Counted from the first letter of the stretch, positions 26,609 through 37,066 are shown. The stretch: DNA of 64,000 nucleotides from Candidatus Kaiserbacteria bacterium (GCA_016214605.1 JACROD010000012.1:57-64056); one strand, 5' to 3'. Numbers and translations: made by a program. The notes: generated by a model not told the origin, from the letters alone.

Positions 26609-28117
26609 TTACTTTTTGAAAACCCGTAAACCACCAACACCGTCTTCCATGGTGTAGCCGGCCGCGTCTATTTCGTTGCGGAGTTCGTCGGCGCGAGACC
26701 AGCTTTTTTCTTGCCGCGCTTCTTCACGCTCGGTGATCATTTTTTGTATCGCTTCGGGAAGGGAATCGATCGAGACTTCTTCTTGCATCTCACTGGCGGC
26801 CAGTGTACGCGCCGCTTCATTGGGTTCGATGAGACCGAGACCGAGCACTCGGTCGAAGTCGAGCAAGGTCGCGAGGAGGTCGGCTTTTGAGAGCGTGGTA
26901 TCTTTGGTCATTTCCCATATCACCGCGAGTGCTCCCGGTGTGTCGAGATCGTCGTTGATGCGTTCCATGAATTTTTGTTGCCAGGCCATCGATACGATGC
27001 CCGGAGGAGTGACGGTACCCAAAGTGCCCGCAAGCGAGAGGCGCAGAGCGAGGAGCTTGGCGAGCGCGGTCTGCGAAGCGGCGAGCGCCTCCCAAGAAAA
27101 ATTAGAATTGGTACGATAGTGTGCCCCAAGGAATAGGTAGCGTAGCGCGAGTGGGTGGAGCCCGCGCTCGATCACATCGGAGAGATATATCACATTACCA
27201 AGGGATTTTGAGATCTTTTGTCCTTCTATCTGGATATGTGCGCGATGGATCCAAAATCGCGAAAAGGGCTTCTTGCCGGTCGCGGCTTCGGACTGCGCTA
27301 TTTCATTATTGTGGTGCACGGGGATGTGTTCGATGCCGCCGGTGTGGATGTCGATCTGTTCGCCCAGAGTGGCGCGGATCATTGCCGAGCATTCGATGTG
27401 CCAGCCCGGGAAACCCTTGCCCCACGGACTGTCCCAGCCGATCTTGGGATCGGATTTCCAGAGCATAAAGTCGGTCGGGCGATGTTTATCTTCGTCGACA
27501 GCGACGCGCGCGCCCTCGCGCAATCCCTCGAGATCAATTCCGCCGAGTGCTCCATAAGCGGGGAAGAGGGAAGTGTCGAAATACACGCCGTTTGCCGTCT
27601 GGTATGCGTAGCCTTTTTCTTCAAGTGCTCGGATCATGGCGATCTGTGCGGGTACATAAGCCGATGCGCGGGGGAATTCGATCTTGGTCGTGTCGATATT
27701 GAGCTTGGTGAGATCGTCAAAGAATATTTGTGTGTAACGCTCCGCGAGGAGCGCCATGTTTTCCATGGTGACTTTCATTTTTTCGCGCTTGAGACCTTTG
27801 GTCATTTTGTCTTCGCCTTCATCCGCATCGGAGGTGAGGTGACCAAAGTCGGTGATGTTGATCACTTGTTTGACCGGGAAGCCGTTTTTCTCAAGTGTGC
27901 GACGCAAAATATCGGCAAACACAAACATACTCAAATTACCGATTTGTTGCACGTTATAGACGGTCGGTCCGCAGTTGTACATGCGTACCGTCTTCACATG
28001 ATCTGGCAGATCAAACTGCTGGAGTTCCTTGCCGAGCGTATTGTAGAGAAAGAGCGGCGGTCCGCTGCGGGCAGGCTCCTTCTTGTGGGGGACATTTCTA
28101 AACATGAGTCGTTTCAT
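26609..28117 (-). CDS. cysS: Cysteinyl-tRNA synthetase
   Basis: CGPTVY (Zn-ligand Cys), WHIECS, HTGGIEH..HHNNE, the KMSKS-type KISKS motif and the C-terminal DALR-like region are present. The canonical HIGH motif reads QIGN. The exact start (28117 or 28103) is uncertain. Confidence 0.9.
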   Translation of the reverse strand: MKRLMFRNVPHKKEPARSGPPLFLYNTLGKELQQFDLPDHVKTVRMYNCGPTVYNVQQIGNLSMFVFADILRRTLEKNGFPVKQVINITDFGHLTSDADEGEDKMTKGLKREKMKVTMENMALLAERYTQIFFDDLTKLNIDTTKIEFPRASAYVPAQIAMIRALEEKGYAYQTANGVYFDTSLFPAYGALGGIDLEGLREGARVAVDEDKHRPTDFMLWKSDPKIGWDSPWGKGFPGWHIECSAMIRATLGEQIDIHTGGIEHIPVHHNNEIAQSEAATGKKPFSRFWIHRAHIQIEGQKISKSLGNVIYLSDVIERGLHPLALRYLFLGAHYRTNSNFSWEALAASQTALAKLLALRLSLAGTLGTVTPPGIVSMAWQQKFMERINDDLDTPGALAVIWEMTKDTTLSKADLLATLLDFDRVLGLGLIEPNEAARTLAASEMQEEVSIDSLPEAIQKMITEREEARQEKSWSRADELRNEIDAAGYTMEDGVGGLRVFKK

Positions 28118-28118
28118 A

Positions 28119-29030
28119 TCAGAGCCATTTCTTGTGTTTGAAGTAGAGAAGCATCAGACTGCCGATCATCAGTACGCTGCCGACAATGATCCAAAAGTCG
28201 TGCGGATGGCCGATGATCGGGTTGTCCTTGGCGTTCATGTCGAATATAGCGACCAGGAGCGCGAGTGGGAAGGTGAGCAGTGCCATGATCGTGAGTACGC
28301 GCATCGTCTCATTTTGCTTGGTGGTGAGCAGGGAGTTATTGGTCTCGCGCAGTTCTTTCAAGGATTCTATTTCGCGGATGATATGGGTGTGGACGCGATA
28401 GTATTCGTTGGAAAGTGCGCGCAAGAATGGGATAAACTCTTGTCCGAAGAGCGCGGGCGCGCATTCTTCGAGCTCGTGCAGCACTTCATGGTGAGGTTCT
28501 ACGGTTTGTCGCAGATTGAGCAGATCTCGCGCGCTTCGGGAGATCGCGGCGACCATCTCGATTTCGTGTCCTGAAAAGGTGTGTTCTTCGATGGTGCCGA
28601 GGTCGCGGTGGATGTATTCGAGCTCGTGCTCGACGGCTTTGTAGAGCTTTTTGAGTATATAGAAAAAGATGAAGCCTGCATGCTCGCCGAATGTATTGGA
28701 ACCAACTGCCGAATTTACCTCGAATACTTTTGAGAATTTGTGCAAAGGATCGATGACCTCATAGTGTGCGGTTATGATGAAATTGCGCCCGACAATAAAA
28801 TCGATCTCTTGTTCGCGTGCGATGTGCGAATGCCGGAGTGCAGGAAAATGGATAATGACATAGAGATAATTCTGAAAAACCTCGGCTCGCGGCTTGCCCG
28901 AAGGCAAGAGGAGTTCTTCGGCGATCTGCGGAGCAATGTTGAATTCACCGATGACGTCCCTGACGTCTTGAGAGGTGGGGGATTCGATATCCACCCAAGT
29001 CAGATCTCCTTGCTGATACCGAGATTGCAT
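28119..29030 (-). CDS. corA: CorA-family Mg2+/Co2+ transporter
   Basis: The cytoplasmic N-domain beginning MQSRYQQGDLTWVDIESPTSQDV is typical of CorA. The two C-terminal TM helices carry F-D-M-N in place of the Y-G-M-N motif. The ORF-track 5' extension to 29216 was rejected. The ATG at 29028-29030 is preferred. Confidence 0.8.
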   Translation of the reverse strand: MQSRYQQGDLTWVDIESPTSQDVRDVIGEFNIAPQIAEELLLPSGKPRAEVFQNYLYVIIHFPALRHSHIAREQEIDFIVGRNFIITAHYEVIDPLHKFSKVFEVNSAVGSNTFGEHAGFIFFYILKKLYKAVEHELEYIHRDLGTIEEHTFSGHEIEMVAAISRSARDLLNLRQTVEPHHEVLHELEECAPALFGQEFIPFLRALSNEYYRVHTHIIREIESLKELRETNNSLLTTKQNETMRVLTIMALLTFPLALLVAIFDMNAKDNPIIGHPHDFWIIVGSVLMIGSLMLLYFKHKKWL

Positions 29031-29121
29031 GCATCTAGTATAACGCACGCTGGTATAGAGATGAAATCTATTTTTACAGTGTACAAACTGCTTGTTTGCA
29101 TAGCGAGTGACGCATGAGATA

Positions 29122-30387
29122 ATGTCCTGCATGTCTGTACGATATCCAGAACGTTTGCTTTCTGTGCGTTTCGTTATGGCGGCCACTATTCTTGTGGCGG
29201 TAGTCGGCTTCGGCACCGGATTTCTCGCGGGTCATTCGGCTTTGGTGCGCGGCAGCAGCATTTTGTCATCAGAGGATTCAATGCCGCAGGATGTGGATTT
29301 TGCAGCGGTATGGAAGGCGTGGCACATTATCAACGACAATTTCGTCCCAGCCGCCGTGGCTACTTCGACACCCATTGCGACCACGACCGCAGATCTCAAT
29401 CAGCAAAAGGTGTATGGCATGATCGGCGGTCTTGCCGCGTCGCTCAATGATCCGTACACGTTTTTCCTGCCGCCCGTCCAAAACACGCAGTTCGCTTCCG
29501 ACATGAGCGGTGCTTTCGAAGGGGTGGGCATGGAGATCGACGTCAAAGACGGCGTGCTCACCGTAGTCTCTCCGCTCAAAGGCACCCCTGCCGAGAAGTC
29601 GGGGATCAGATCGAGCGATATAATACTCAAGATCGACGGCGTATCGACCGAGGGAATGGATGTCTCTAATGCCGTCAAACACATCCGTGGCCCCAAGGGG
29701 TCTACCGTCGTGCTCACGGTATTGCGCAGCGGATGGGATGAACCGCGTGAGATCAAGATTATCCGCGATGTGATCAATGTGCCGGTTGTCACGACGACCG
29801 AGCGCGACGATGGCATTTTCGTGATCCAGGTCGCGACCTTTACTGCCAATGCTCCCGATCTCTTTCGTGCAGGATTGCGCGAGTTCGTCACCTCAGGGAA
29901 ATCAAAACTCATCCTCGATCTGCGTGGCAATCCCGGCGGATATCTCGACGGAGCGGTCAATATCGGAAGTTGGTTCTTGCCTTCAGGTGCAGTGATCGTC
30001 ACTGAGGATTATGCGGGACATGCGGCAAACGTTGTACATCGGTCGCTCGGGTACAATGTTTTCAACAAGAATCTCAAGATGGTTGTTCTCGTCGACAAAG
30101 GATCTGCCTCCGCCTCAGAAATATTGGCCGAAGCCCTGCGCTATCATGGAGTGGCAAAGATTGTCGGGACCAACACTTTCGGCAAGGGGGTCGTACAGGA
30201 GCTTTTCCCGATCACCGATGATACCTCTCTCAAGGTCACTGTCGCACGCTGGCTCGGCCCCGACGGCATCCAGATCCCGCATGACGGCATCGTGCCCGAT
30301 ATCATGTCGACCACGACCGAAGAATTCATCAAAGCAAAAAAGGATGTGCAAATGGAAAAGGCGGTTGAGGTGTTGAATAAGATGTAA
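29122..30387 (+). CDS. ctpA: Carboxyl-terminal processing protease (S41 family, CtpA-like) with a PDZ domain
   Basis: The N-terminal TM anchor is followed by the PDZ (GMEIDVKDGVLTVVSPLKGTPAEKSGIRSSDIILKIDG) and the S41 catalytic region (LILDLRGNPGGYLDGAV...NTFGKGVVQ). The ORF-track start at 29107 is a GTG. The first in-frame ATG is at 29122. Confidence 0.85.
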   Translation: MSCMSVRYPERLLSVRFVMAATILVAVVGFGTGFLAGHSALVRGSSILSSEDSMPQDVDFAAVWKAWHIINDNFVPAAVATSTPIATTTADLNQQKVYGMIGGLAASLNDPYTFFLPPVQNTQFASDMSGAFEGVGMEIDVKDGVLTVVSPLKGTPAEKSGIRSSDIILKIDGVSTEGMDVSNAVKHIRGPKGSTVVLTVLRSGWDEPREIKIIRDVINVPVVTTTERDDGIFVIQVATFTANAPDLFRAGLREFVTSGKSKLILDLRGNPGGYLDGAVNIGSWFLPSGAVIVTEDYAGHAANVVHRSLGYNVFNKNLKMVVLVDKGSASASEILAEALRYHGVAKIVGTNTFGKGVVQELFPITDDTSLKVTVARWLGPDGIQIPHDGIVPDIMSTTTEEFIKAKKDVQMEKAVEVLNKM

Positions 30388-30439
30388 TTTTGTGGGACTT
30401 CCTTTTGCGTTCGTTCGATTAGTGAAGTAGGATGGGCAT

Positions 30440-30883
30440 ATGAAGGTCATTTTTATCAAAGACGTGGCGCGGGTAGGCCAGCGCGGGCAGGCCAAGGAGG
30501 TCAATGACGGCTACGCGCTCAATTTTCTCATCCCGCAGGGGCTCGCCGAGCAGGCCACTCCCGCCAAGATCGCTGCCTGGGACGAGCGCCAAAAAGTCGA
30601 GGCCAAGCAGGTCGCCGAGCGCGAAGCAGGGTGGGCGCAGGCACTCGCGAAGCTCAAGGGGGCGAAGGTCACGGTCTCTGCCAAGGGCAATGAAAAAGGC
30701 CACCTCTTTACCAAGCTACCGGTGAGCTCAATCGCTGATGCAATCAAAAAAGAGCACAGTATCGATTTGCCCAAGGATGCGATCACCATGAAGACACAGA
30801 TCAAAGATTTTGGAGAGTTTTCCGCAGAGATCAAACTTGGACAAAAAACCGTCGCGATCATCGTGGAAGTCGTGAAGACTTAG
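30440..30883 (+). CDS. rplI: Ribosomal protein bL9
   Basis: [36 protein letters not shown] is the classic L9 N-domain. Confidence 0.9.
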   Translation: MKVIFIKDVARVGQRGQAKEVNDGYALNFLIPQGLAEQATPAKIAAWDERQKVEAKQVAEREAGWAQALAKLKGAKVTVSAKGNEKGHLFTKLPVSSIADAIKKEHSIDLPKDAITMKTQIKDFGEFSAEIKLGQKTVAIIVEVVKT

Positions 30884-31901
30884 ACACCTAATATTTTAGT
30901 GGCGGTCGAGAGCCCGCTCGCGAGCGCGCCTTCGACGGTCGCGGTCTCTTTACCTTCGTAGAGTGCCTCGCCGGCGAAAAAGATCGTGCCGAAGACCGGC
31001 TTCAATATCTCCGCACGAGCGGCATGCGACGCGGGAGTGGTATAGCTGTAGGCGCCGCGCGCATACGGGTCGGCCGGCCAGTTGGCGATCATTGGCCTGA
31101 CGAGGTTTTGATACAGTGTATCGACGGGCACCTTGAAAATAGTCAAAAGCGAATTCATCGCCATATCCAAGATGTCGCCATCCGATCTGCCCATGAGCTT
31201 TTCCGCATGAGGACCGGCGATCCAGCCGGTGAGTATGGGGTAGGGGAGCGGGTATTGGGTCCACCAAGTGCGGATCTCTCCGTCGGAGAACATAAAATCC
31301 ATCTCGGTAAAATCTTTGCCGAGTGTATTGGTCCACCACTGATCTTTGAATCGCAGGAGAATCTTGATCACTCCGCCAGATCCCATTTTTGATGCGGCGT
31401 AAAGCTTTTCCGGGATCGGTGGGACAAAGATAATGCCTGAGAGGATGGGTTGGCGGCATCGAATCCCTTGACCATCTCTATGATCGCTTTGTGGAGAAGG
31501 TCGTATTGTTCGCCTGGAAAATTCTTTTCCAAGAACTCCGAGATCGACATATCGTGATCCAGTGCGCGCAGCTTTTCATGCAGGAGGTCCTGATCGGGGA
31601 TGACCTGGTCGTTGATCGTAAAATTTCTATCGCGCGAGCTCCACATGTCGCCATGCGTCTCTATGAGGGTCATGCCCGCCGCTGCTACGAGCGATTTGGT
31701 CACCGGAGCGTCGCCATGGACGAATTCCGCGCCAGCTTGCGCGGGTATGCCGAAGTCTTCGAGCGAGAGCGGCCAGATGCGGCCGCCGATGCGATCGCGC
31801 GCTTCGAGCACGATCACACGCCTGCCCGCCTTGCCGAGCTCGCATGCCGCCATGAGGCCGGATGCTCCCGCGCCGACTACGATGATAGTCTCTCGTCCCA
31901 T
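30880..31901 (-). pseudogene. Flavin-containing amine oxidase / renalase-like FAD oxidoreductase interrupted by a frameshift near nt 31430-31450
   Basis: The N-terminal ORF (31368-31901) has the FAD dinucleotide-binding motif IIVVGAGASGLMAACELGKAGRRVIVLEARDRIGGR. The C-terminal ORF (30880-31386) carries the amine-oxidase C-terminal FAD-binding block (IFFAGEALYEGKETATVEGALASGL) in a different frame. The two frames overlap across about 31386-31450. Confidence 0.5.
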
Positions 31902-31935
31902 GGCTTCATGATATCCGAATGAGCCCGTTTATTAA

Positions 31936-31972
31936 AACAAAACAAGGCGCACGAATGTGCGCCTTGTTTTGA
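31936..31972 (-). terminator. Rho-independent (bidirectional-type) terminator downstream of rpmA
   Basis: AACAAGGCGCAC GAAT GTGCGCCTTGTT is a 12 bp stem flanked by A- and T-runs. Confidence 0.75.
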
Positions 31973-31987
31973 GAAGAAAAATTTTAT

Positions 31988-32260
31988 TTAAACAACCTCG
32001 ACGATCTGGCGGCGGACGATCTGCCCGTCGTAGTTGGTCTTGCGCTTGGAGTGGAAACGCACGATACCCTCGCTCAAGGCGAAGAGCGTGTGATCCTTGC
32101 CGATGCCGATATTCTTGCCGGCCATGATAGCCGTGCCGCGCTGGCGGACGATGACCTCACCCGTCGCTACCTTTTGACCGTCGGCGCGTTTGACGCCGAG
32201 ATACTTCGGATTCGAATCGCGTAGGTTTTTGGCTGAGCCACCTGCTTTTGTATGTGCCAT
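31988..32260 (-). CDS. rpmA: Ribosomal protein bL27
   Basis: [25 protein letters not shown]...IVRQRGT...[12 protein letters not shown] matches bL27. The gene is not preceded by rplU here. Confidence 0.9.
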   Translation of the reverse strand: MAHTKAGGSAKNLRDSNPKYLGVKRADGQKVATGEVIVRQRGTAIMAGKNIGIGKDHTLFALSEGIVRFHSKRKTNYDGQIVRRQIVEVV

Positions 32261-32280
32261 AGAGTGTTATTTTTGGTATC

Positions 32281-32679
32281 ATGCCCGCCATGTCGGGACT
32301 CATGAGTAGGAAGAATATACAGGATTTCTTTGCCAAATGCAAGGATCTCCTGGAGGAGGGGATCGGGGAATGGGGGCTTTTTGCCATTATCCTCCTGGTC
32401 GCCCTATCGGCCTTTGGTTTGGGCCGTTTATCGGCTCTACAGAGCTCTCGGCCGGCCGTCTCGATCACAGAGGCTCCGAGCCTAGCCAAGCCGCGGGGAA
32501 TGTATAAAGGAGGTCAATATGTGGCCTCTCGCACCGGTACGACCTACTACTACCCCTGGTGCGGCGGGGCCCAAAATATCGCCCCAGAAGCCCAGGTCTG
32601 GTTTAAGACCCAGGAGGCCGCCCAGAAGGCTGGCTACCGGCCCGCCAAGAACTGCAAAGGTTTGGTAAATAATCCGTAA
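32281..32679 (+). CDS. Small membrane-anchored protein with a C-terminal Cys-containing putative metal-binding domain
   Basis: An N-terminal TM helix is followed by ...YVASRTGTTYYYPWCGGAQNIAPEAQVWFKTQEAAQKAGYRPAKNC. This resembles small DNA/metal-binding 'Y.P.C.....I........F.S...A...GY.P.K.C' domains. Confidence 0.4.
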   Translation: MPAMSGLMSRKNIQDFFAKCKDLLEEGIGEWGLFAIILLVALSAFGLGRLSALQSSRPAVSITEAPSLAKPRGMYKGGQYVASRTGTTYYYPWCGGAQNIAPEAQVWFKTQEAAQKAGYRPAKNCKGLVNNP

Positions 32680-32697
32680 TGGCCTATACTCCCGCCC

Positions 32698-35600
32698 ATG
32701 AGAGGTAAGCATTATTTGCCAATACTGATCGCCATGGCGATCATCACTTTTGCGTCATCAGTCCACGCCGACACACCCTGCAACGTCCCCGATCCCGTCA
32801 CGTACGGTTCTTTTTTCACCCCATACGAAGCGGACGAATACCAGCAAGGTCTGCTCACTCAGCACTTTCAAAACCAAACAGAATACCCCGGCTATCCACC
32901 CTTCAAGATCCGTTGGTCCTTTTTCGACGACGAGTGTCAGTTCGCAAATCAGCTGATCTTCGTCACTCCCGTCAGCTTTCCTCTCGACATCACCGATTGG
33001 AGCATTCGCTTCACATCAAGTACTCATTTCGATGTATGGGATGATGAACACGAAACGATCCTCACGTCGCAAGACATCGATCAGTACCCACCCTATACAA
33101 GGATCGAATTCACCCCGCTCCTTGGCGACAATATCAGTACACAAAGCTACCTCCGATCCCGTACGCTCAAGATCCAAGAAGACGGCCACACACCGATCTT
33201 GACCGGTACCTTGCCCAAGGATCCCGCATGTCCGTCAATGTCGGTGTATGGAAATATCTTCGATCCTGCATACGAGCACGCCGAATACATAGACGGCCTT
33301 CTGCGCGTACATGTGCGATTCACTACGATGACTTCTTCAGGTGGATTCATACGCACCAAGACACTCTCCGTACCGGCATCATGCGACAGAGACAGTCAAA
33401 TACCTCCTACGTCATGGAAGGGTGTCACTCCGCCGCCGCGCATGAAGTATTTCTCCTTCCGTATGACATCTCCTACGCATTGGGTCATGTGGAATGATGA
33501 GGCCGACACACCGGTATATTGCGACATGAGCCGCACCGATCCGTACGCTGATTTTGATCGAGGCTGCGAAGGTGATCTCGAACCGTCCGCATCGTACACA
33601 TCCTTCTATATGGATATTGGGAGTGGCTCGGTCGCGACACTCATCACGACACCTTTCCCGCCGGTGGAACGAGGCTGCACCGAGAACTGCAATTCAAATG
33701 TCCTTTTCCTGCCGGGGATTGAGGCGAGTCGGCTCTACCGGCCGCAGGTTGTGGGGGATCCGGATAAGCAATTGTGGGAGCCAGGCAACAATATCGACGT
33801 TCAAGAGTTGTACCTCAATCCCGATGGTTCGAGTGTACGTCCTGATGTGTACACAAAAGAAGGGGATGTGATCGATGAGAAGGTGTTCCCCGTACTCGGA
33901 GGCAACATATACAAATCATTCATTGATCGAATGAATACCCTCGAGAGTGACGGCAAGATCAACGATTGGGAAGCGGCCTCATACGACTGGCGCTTATCCC
34001 TCGATGATATCTTGCAGTATGGTCATCAGGTGGACGATCGTATATACTATTCCGGCGATTCGCGTGCGACCACTACACCTTACATCATTCAGGAACTACG
34101 TAGACTTGCGACCACCTCTCGTACCGGCAAAGTAACGATCATTGCACACTCCAACGGCGGTCTCGTCGGAAAAGCTCTCACCGAAGCACTCGGTCCCGAG
34201 GCCCCGCAGCTCATCGACCGAATCATATTCATCGCTGTGCCGCAGGCGGGAACGCCGATGGCACTACCGGCCGACTTGCACGGATACAAGCAAGCGTACC
34301 TCGGCGGCTTGGTACTCTCGCAACATACCGCACGCACGTTCGCTCAACATGCTCCCATGGCATACAATCTTTTACCTTCGGCCCCCTATTTCACCTATGT
34401 GGACGATCCTGTAGTTTCTTTTGATCCCCGTTTAACCGACTGGATCACAAGGTACGGATCCGTCATTCATTCCGCTCCATCCCTACATACGTTTCTCACC
34501 GACACGTACGGTCGTGTTGATCCTCAAACAGGCGATATCAATACCCCTATTCAGATGAGCGATACATTGCTTACTGTAGCCGAGAACACGCATACTGAGC
34601 TCGACAGCTGGACTCCACCCACAGGCGTCCAGCTTGTTCAAATCGCCGGATGGGGTGTCCCGACGACAGTGAGCGGCATCACCTACAAGCCACATGGTGC
34701 CGGTGTGACCTACGAAGCGGATACGACGATCGATGGTGACGGTACGGTCGTCGTACCGAGCGCATTGTGGACGAGCACGGAGACCGGGGCCGTGAATTAT
34801 TGGGTGGATTTGAAAGACTACAACAAACTTCTTAATCGCGTCACTAACCTCAGACTTAAAACCGATCATTCAAACATACTTGAAGTGTCGCCTTTGTTGG
34901 ATTTGATATCTAGCATCATTCAGCATTCAACGAGCACGGTGACACAATACATTTCTACCACTAATCCGGTTGCAGAGATCACAGACCACCAACTTCACTT
35001 TGCGCTCCATTCGCCGCTCACGCTCGACATGTACGATGATCAAGGCCGCCACACCGGCGTTTCCACGACCACCGGCGAGGTGGAAGAACAAATTCCCGGT
35101 ACCTACTACGCACAGTTCGGCGAAACCAAGCACATCTTCAGTGACGCGACTACTACGATGCATATCATGATGGAAGGCTATGACACCGGCACCTTCACCT
35201 TCAATGTCGACGAATTGGAGGGCGATACCCGCATCGCAAGCACCACTTTCCAGGATATTCCGACGACTGAAAACACTACGGTCACCTTGGATATACAGTC
35301 CGATATCACTACACTCTCGTCGATGAGTATAGACGTCAACAGCGACGGTGCAGTTGATCACATGCTCGTTCCCAAGCTGGATGGCATCGTTACTCTCGAT
35401 ACCACTCCGCCAGAGATACAGATCACCTTCGCCACTTCGACCAATGCCCTCAGGTTTATCGGCATTGACGACATGGGCACCACCACGGTCAGTGCGACAA
35501 TGACCTACCCAGTCCTCAAAAAACATCAAAGAGAGGCGAGGGGTATCGCTACTACCACGGTGACAGTGCGTGACCTGGCAGGGAATACCACGGTGCTCGT

Positions 35601-35952
35601 CTATACCGAGAAGCTTCCATCGCCGGAGAAACGCGATACCATCTCTCTCGAAGAGATCGCCTACAACGGCGCGACCACTACACTCTCCGACACCTCGGTC
35701 TCATACAAATGGCGCACCGACAAAAACGGCCTGTACAAGCTTTTCGCCGCGCATATCAAGACAAACGCAACGAGCACTGAATCCCACTATCGTCCCAAGA
35801 AAGACCAGACTGTCGTCATGACTAAGCCACATGATTTGGATGATACAGACGAAGATGACGATGTGGACAGTCGATCCGTTAAACAGAGATTACCTGGTAT
35901 GATTATTCCGTACTTGAGAACGGAGGAGGGGAGAGTGATTATCGGGTATTAG
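32698..35952 (+). CDS. Large secreted protein with a lipase/PGAP1-like alpha/beta-hydrolase domain
   Basis: The signal peptide is MRGKHYLPILIAMAIITFASSVHA. The central VTIIAHSNGGLVGKAL is an AHSxG nucleophile elbow, as in lipases/LCAT/PGAP1-like hydrolases. Long N- and C-terminal beta-rich regions flank it. Confidence 0.6.
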   Translation: MRGKHYLPILIAMAIITFASSVHADTPCNVPDPVTYGSFFTPYEADEYQQGLLTQHFQNQTEYPGYPPFKIRWSFFDDECQFANQLIFVTPVSFPLDITDWSIRFTSSTHFDVWDDEHETILTSQDIDQYPPYTRIEFTPLLGDNISTQSYLRSRTLKIQEDGHTPILTGTLPKDPACPSMSVYGNIFDPAYEHAEYIDGLLRVHVRFTTMTSSGGFIRTKTLSVPASCDRDSQIPPTSWKGVTPPPRMKYFSFRMTSPTHWVMWNDEADTPVYCDMSRTDPYADFDRGCEGDLEPSASYTSFYMDIGSGSVATLITTPFPPVERGCTENCNSNVLFLPGIEASRLYRPQVVGDPDKQLWEPGNNIDVQELYLNPDGSSVRPDVYTKEGDVIDEKVFPVLGGNIYKSFIDRMNTLESDGKINDWEAASYDWRLSLDDILQYGHQVDDRIYYSGDSRATTTPYIIQELRRLATTSRTGKVTIIAHSNGGLVGKALTEALGPEAPQLIDRIIFIAVPQAGTPMALPADLHGYKQAYLGGLVLSQHTARTFAQHAPMAYNLLPSAPYFTYVDDPVVSFDPRLTDWITRYGSVIHSAPSLHTFLTDTYGRVDPQTGDINTPIQMSDTLLTVAENTHTELDSWTPPTGVQLVQIAGWGVPTTVSGITYKPHGAGVTYEADTTIDGDGTVVVPSALWTSTETGAVNYWVDLKDYNKLLNRVTNLRLKTDHSNILEVSPLLDLISSIIQHSTSTVTQYISTTNPVAEITDHQLHFALHSPLTLDMYDDQGRHTGVSTTTGEVEEQIPGTYYAQFGETKHIFSDATTTMHIMMEGYDTGTFTFNVDELEGDTRIASTTFQDIPTTENTTVTLDIQSDITTLSSMSIDVNSDGAVDHMLVPKLDGIVTLDTTPPEIQITFATSTNALRFIGIDDMGTTTVSATMTYPVLKKHQREARGIATTTVTVRDLAGNTTVLVYTEKLPSPEKRDTISLEEIAYNGATTTLSDTSVSYKWRTDKNGLYKLFAAHIKTNATSTESHYRPKKDQTVVMTKPHDLDDTDEDDDVDSRSVKQRLPGMIIPYLRTEEGRVIIGY

Positions 35953-35963
35953 ATATTCTTCAT

Positions 35964-36362
35964 ATGATTAGCAAAAAAACAACACTGTTTATTGGTATCT
36001 TTGGAGGAATAATATTTTTGTTGGCACTGTATGCAACACAGATCGGTTTGTGTGCGGTTGTGAATCAATCCTGTTCGGAATTCTTCGACCCTATTACTGA
36101 AAATTTGATACCCTTTCTCCCTCTCTTCATCCTTTCCCTTATCACCTTCAAAATGCGCGATGAAGTCTACCGGACATGGTTCCGTTTCGCTCGATGGTGG
36201 ATCCCGTTTTCCATCATGCTCATCTTCATTTCTCCCGAATACAGTGTTGATCAAATGTTTCGTATTGAAAAGGGAAGTGTGGCGCTCCTTACATCGGCGC
36301 TCTTCTCCACCATCTCCCTCATCATTGTCACGTGGAAATACTCCGTTACGCGGAAGAAATAA
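35964..36362 (+). CDS. Small polytopic membrane protein
   Basis: A 132 aa ORF with about four hydrophobic helices. It is AT-rich and has an ATG start. Confidence 0.4.
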   Translation: MISKKTTLFIGIFGGIIFLLALYATQIGLCAVVNQSCSEFFDPITENLIPFLPLFILSLITFKMRDEVYRTWFRFARWWIPFSIMLIFISPEYSVDQMFRIEKGSVALLTSALFSTISLIIVTWKYSVTRKK

Positions 36363-36365
36363 TAT

Positions 36366-36968
36366 ATGCTCGTCGTCGATGTCGAAGCCTCAGGGACAGA
36401 ATCTTGGAAGCACTCCATCGTCTCTGTCGGTGCGCTCGATCTGATGCATCCGGAGAATCGTTTTTACGAGGAATGCCGCATATGGGATGGGGCACACATC
36501 ATGGATGAGGCGCTCAAGGTCAACGGTTTCACCCGCGAGCAGATCCTCGATCCCCAGAAGCAGACCGAGGGCGACCTCGCGCACGCTTTTCTCGATTGGA
36601 GCAAAGATCTAGCGGATCGCACGCTTGCCGGGCAAAACGTCTCTTTTGATCGGGATTTTCTCAAGGCTGCCAGTGCACGCGCCGGCCACACCGAATGGAC
36701 GTTTGCTTACCGTACGATCGACACTCACACACTCTGCTGGATGCACATGATCAATCACGGGATCCAGCCGCCTATAGATCCCAAACATCACCGATCCGCG
36801 CTCAATCTCGATGCGGTCATGAATTATTGCGGCATACCCGATGAGCCCGAGCCGCACAATGCGCTTACCGGCGCACTCTCGCACGCCGAGGTGATTTCGC
36901 GTCTCCTCTACGACAAAAAGCTCCTACCCGAGTTTGAACAGTTTCAGATCCCGTGGAAGTCTCACTAA
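36366..36968 (+). CDS. DEDD-family 3'-5' exonuclease (DnaQ-like domain)
   Basis: LVVDVEASGT (Exo I D-x-E), NVSFDRDFL (Exo II) and HNALTGALSHAEV (Exo III His) are present. Confidence 0.7.
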   Translation: MLVVDVEASGTESWKHSIVSVGALDLMHPENRFYEECRIWDGAHIMDEALKVNGFTREQILDPQKQTEGDLAHAFLDWSKDLADRTLAGQNVSFDRDFLKAASARAGHTEWTFAYRTIDTHTLCWMHMINHGIQPPIDPKHHRSALNLDAVMNYCGIPDEPEPHNALTGALSHAEVISRLLYDKKLLPEFEQFQIPWKSH

Positions 36969-37066
36969 GGGTTTGACCCTGGCGCAAGGGCACACTATCA
37001 TTCATGGCAGAGTTGGACGGCGTTGATCGCGGTCCTGTTTGATTCGATAGATGAAGGGTGAACGTG

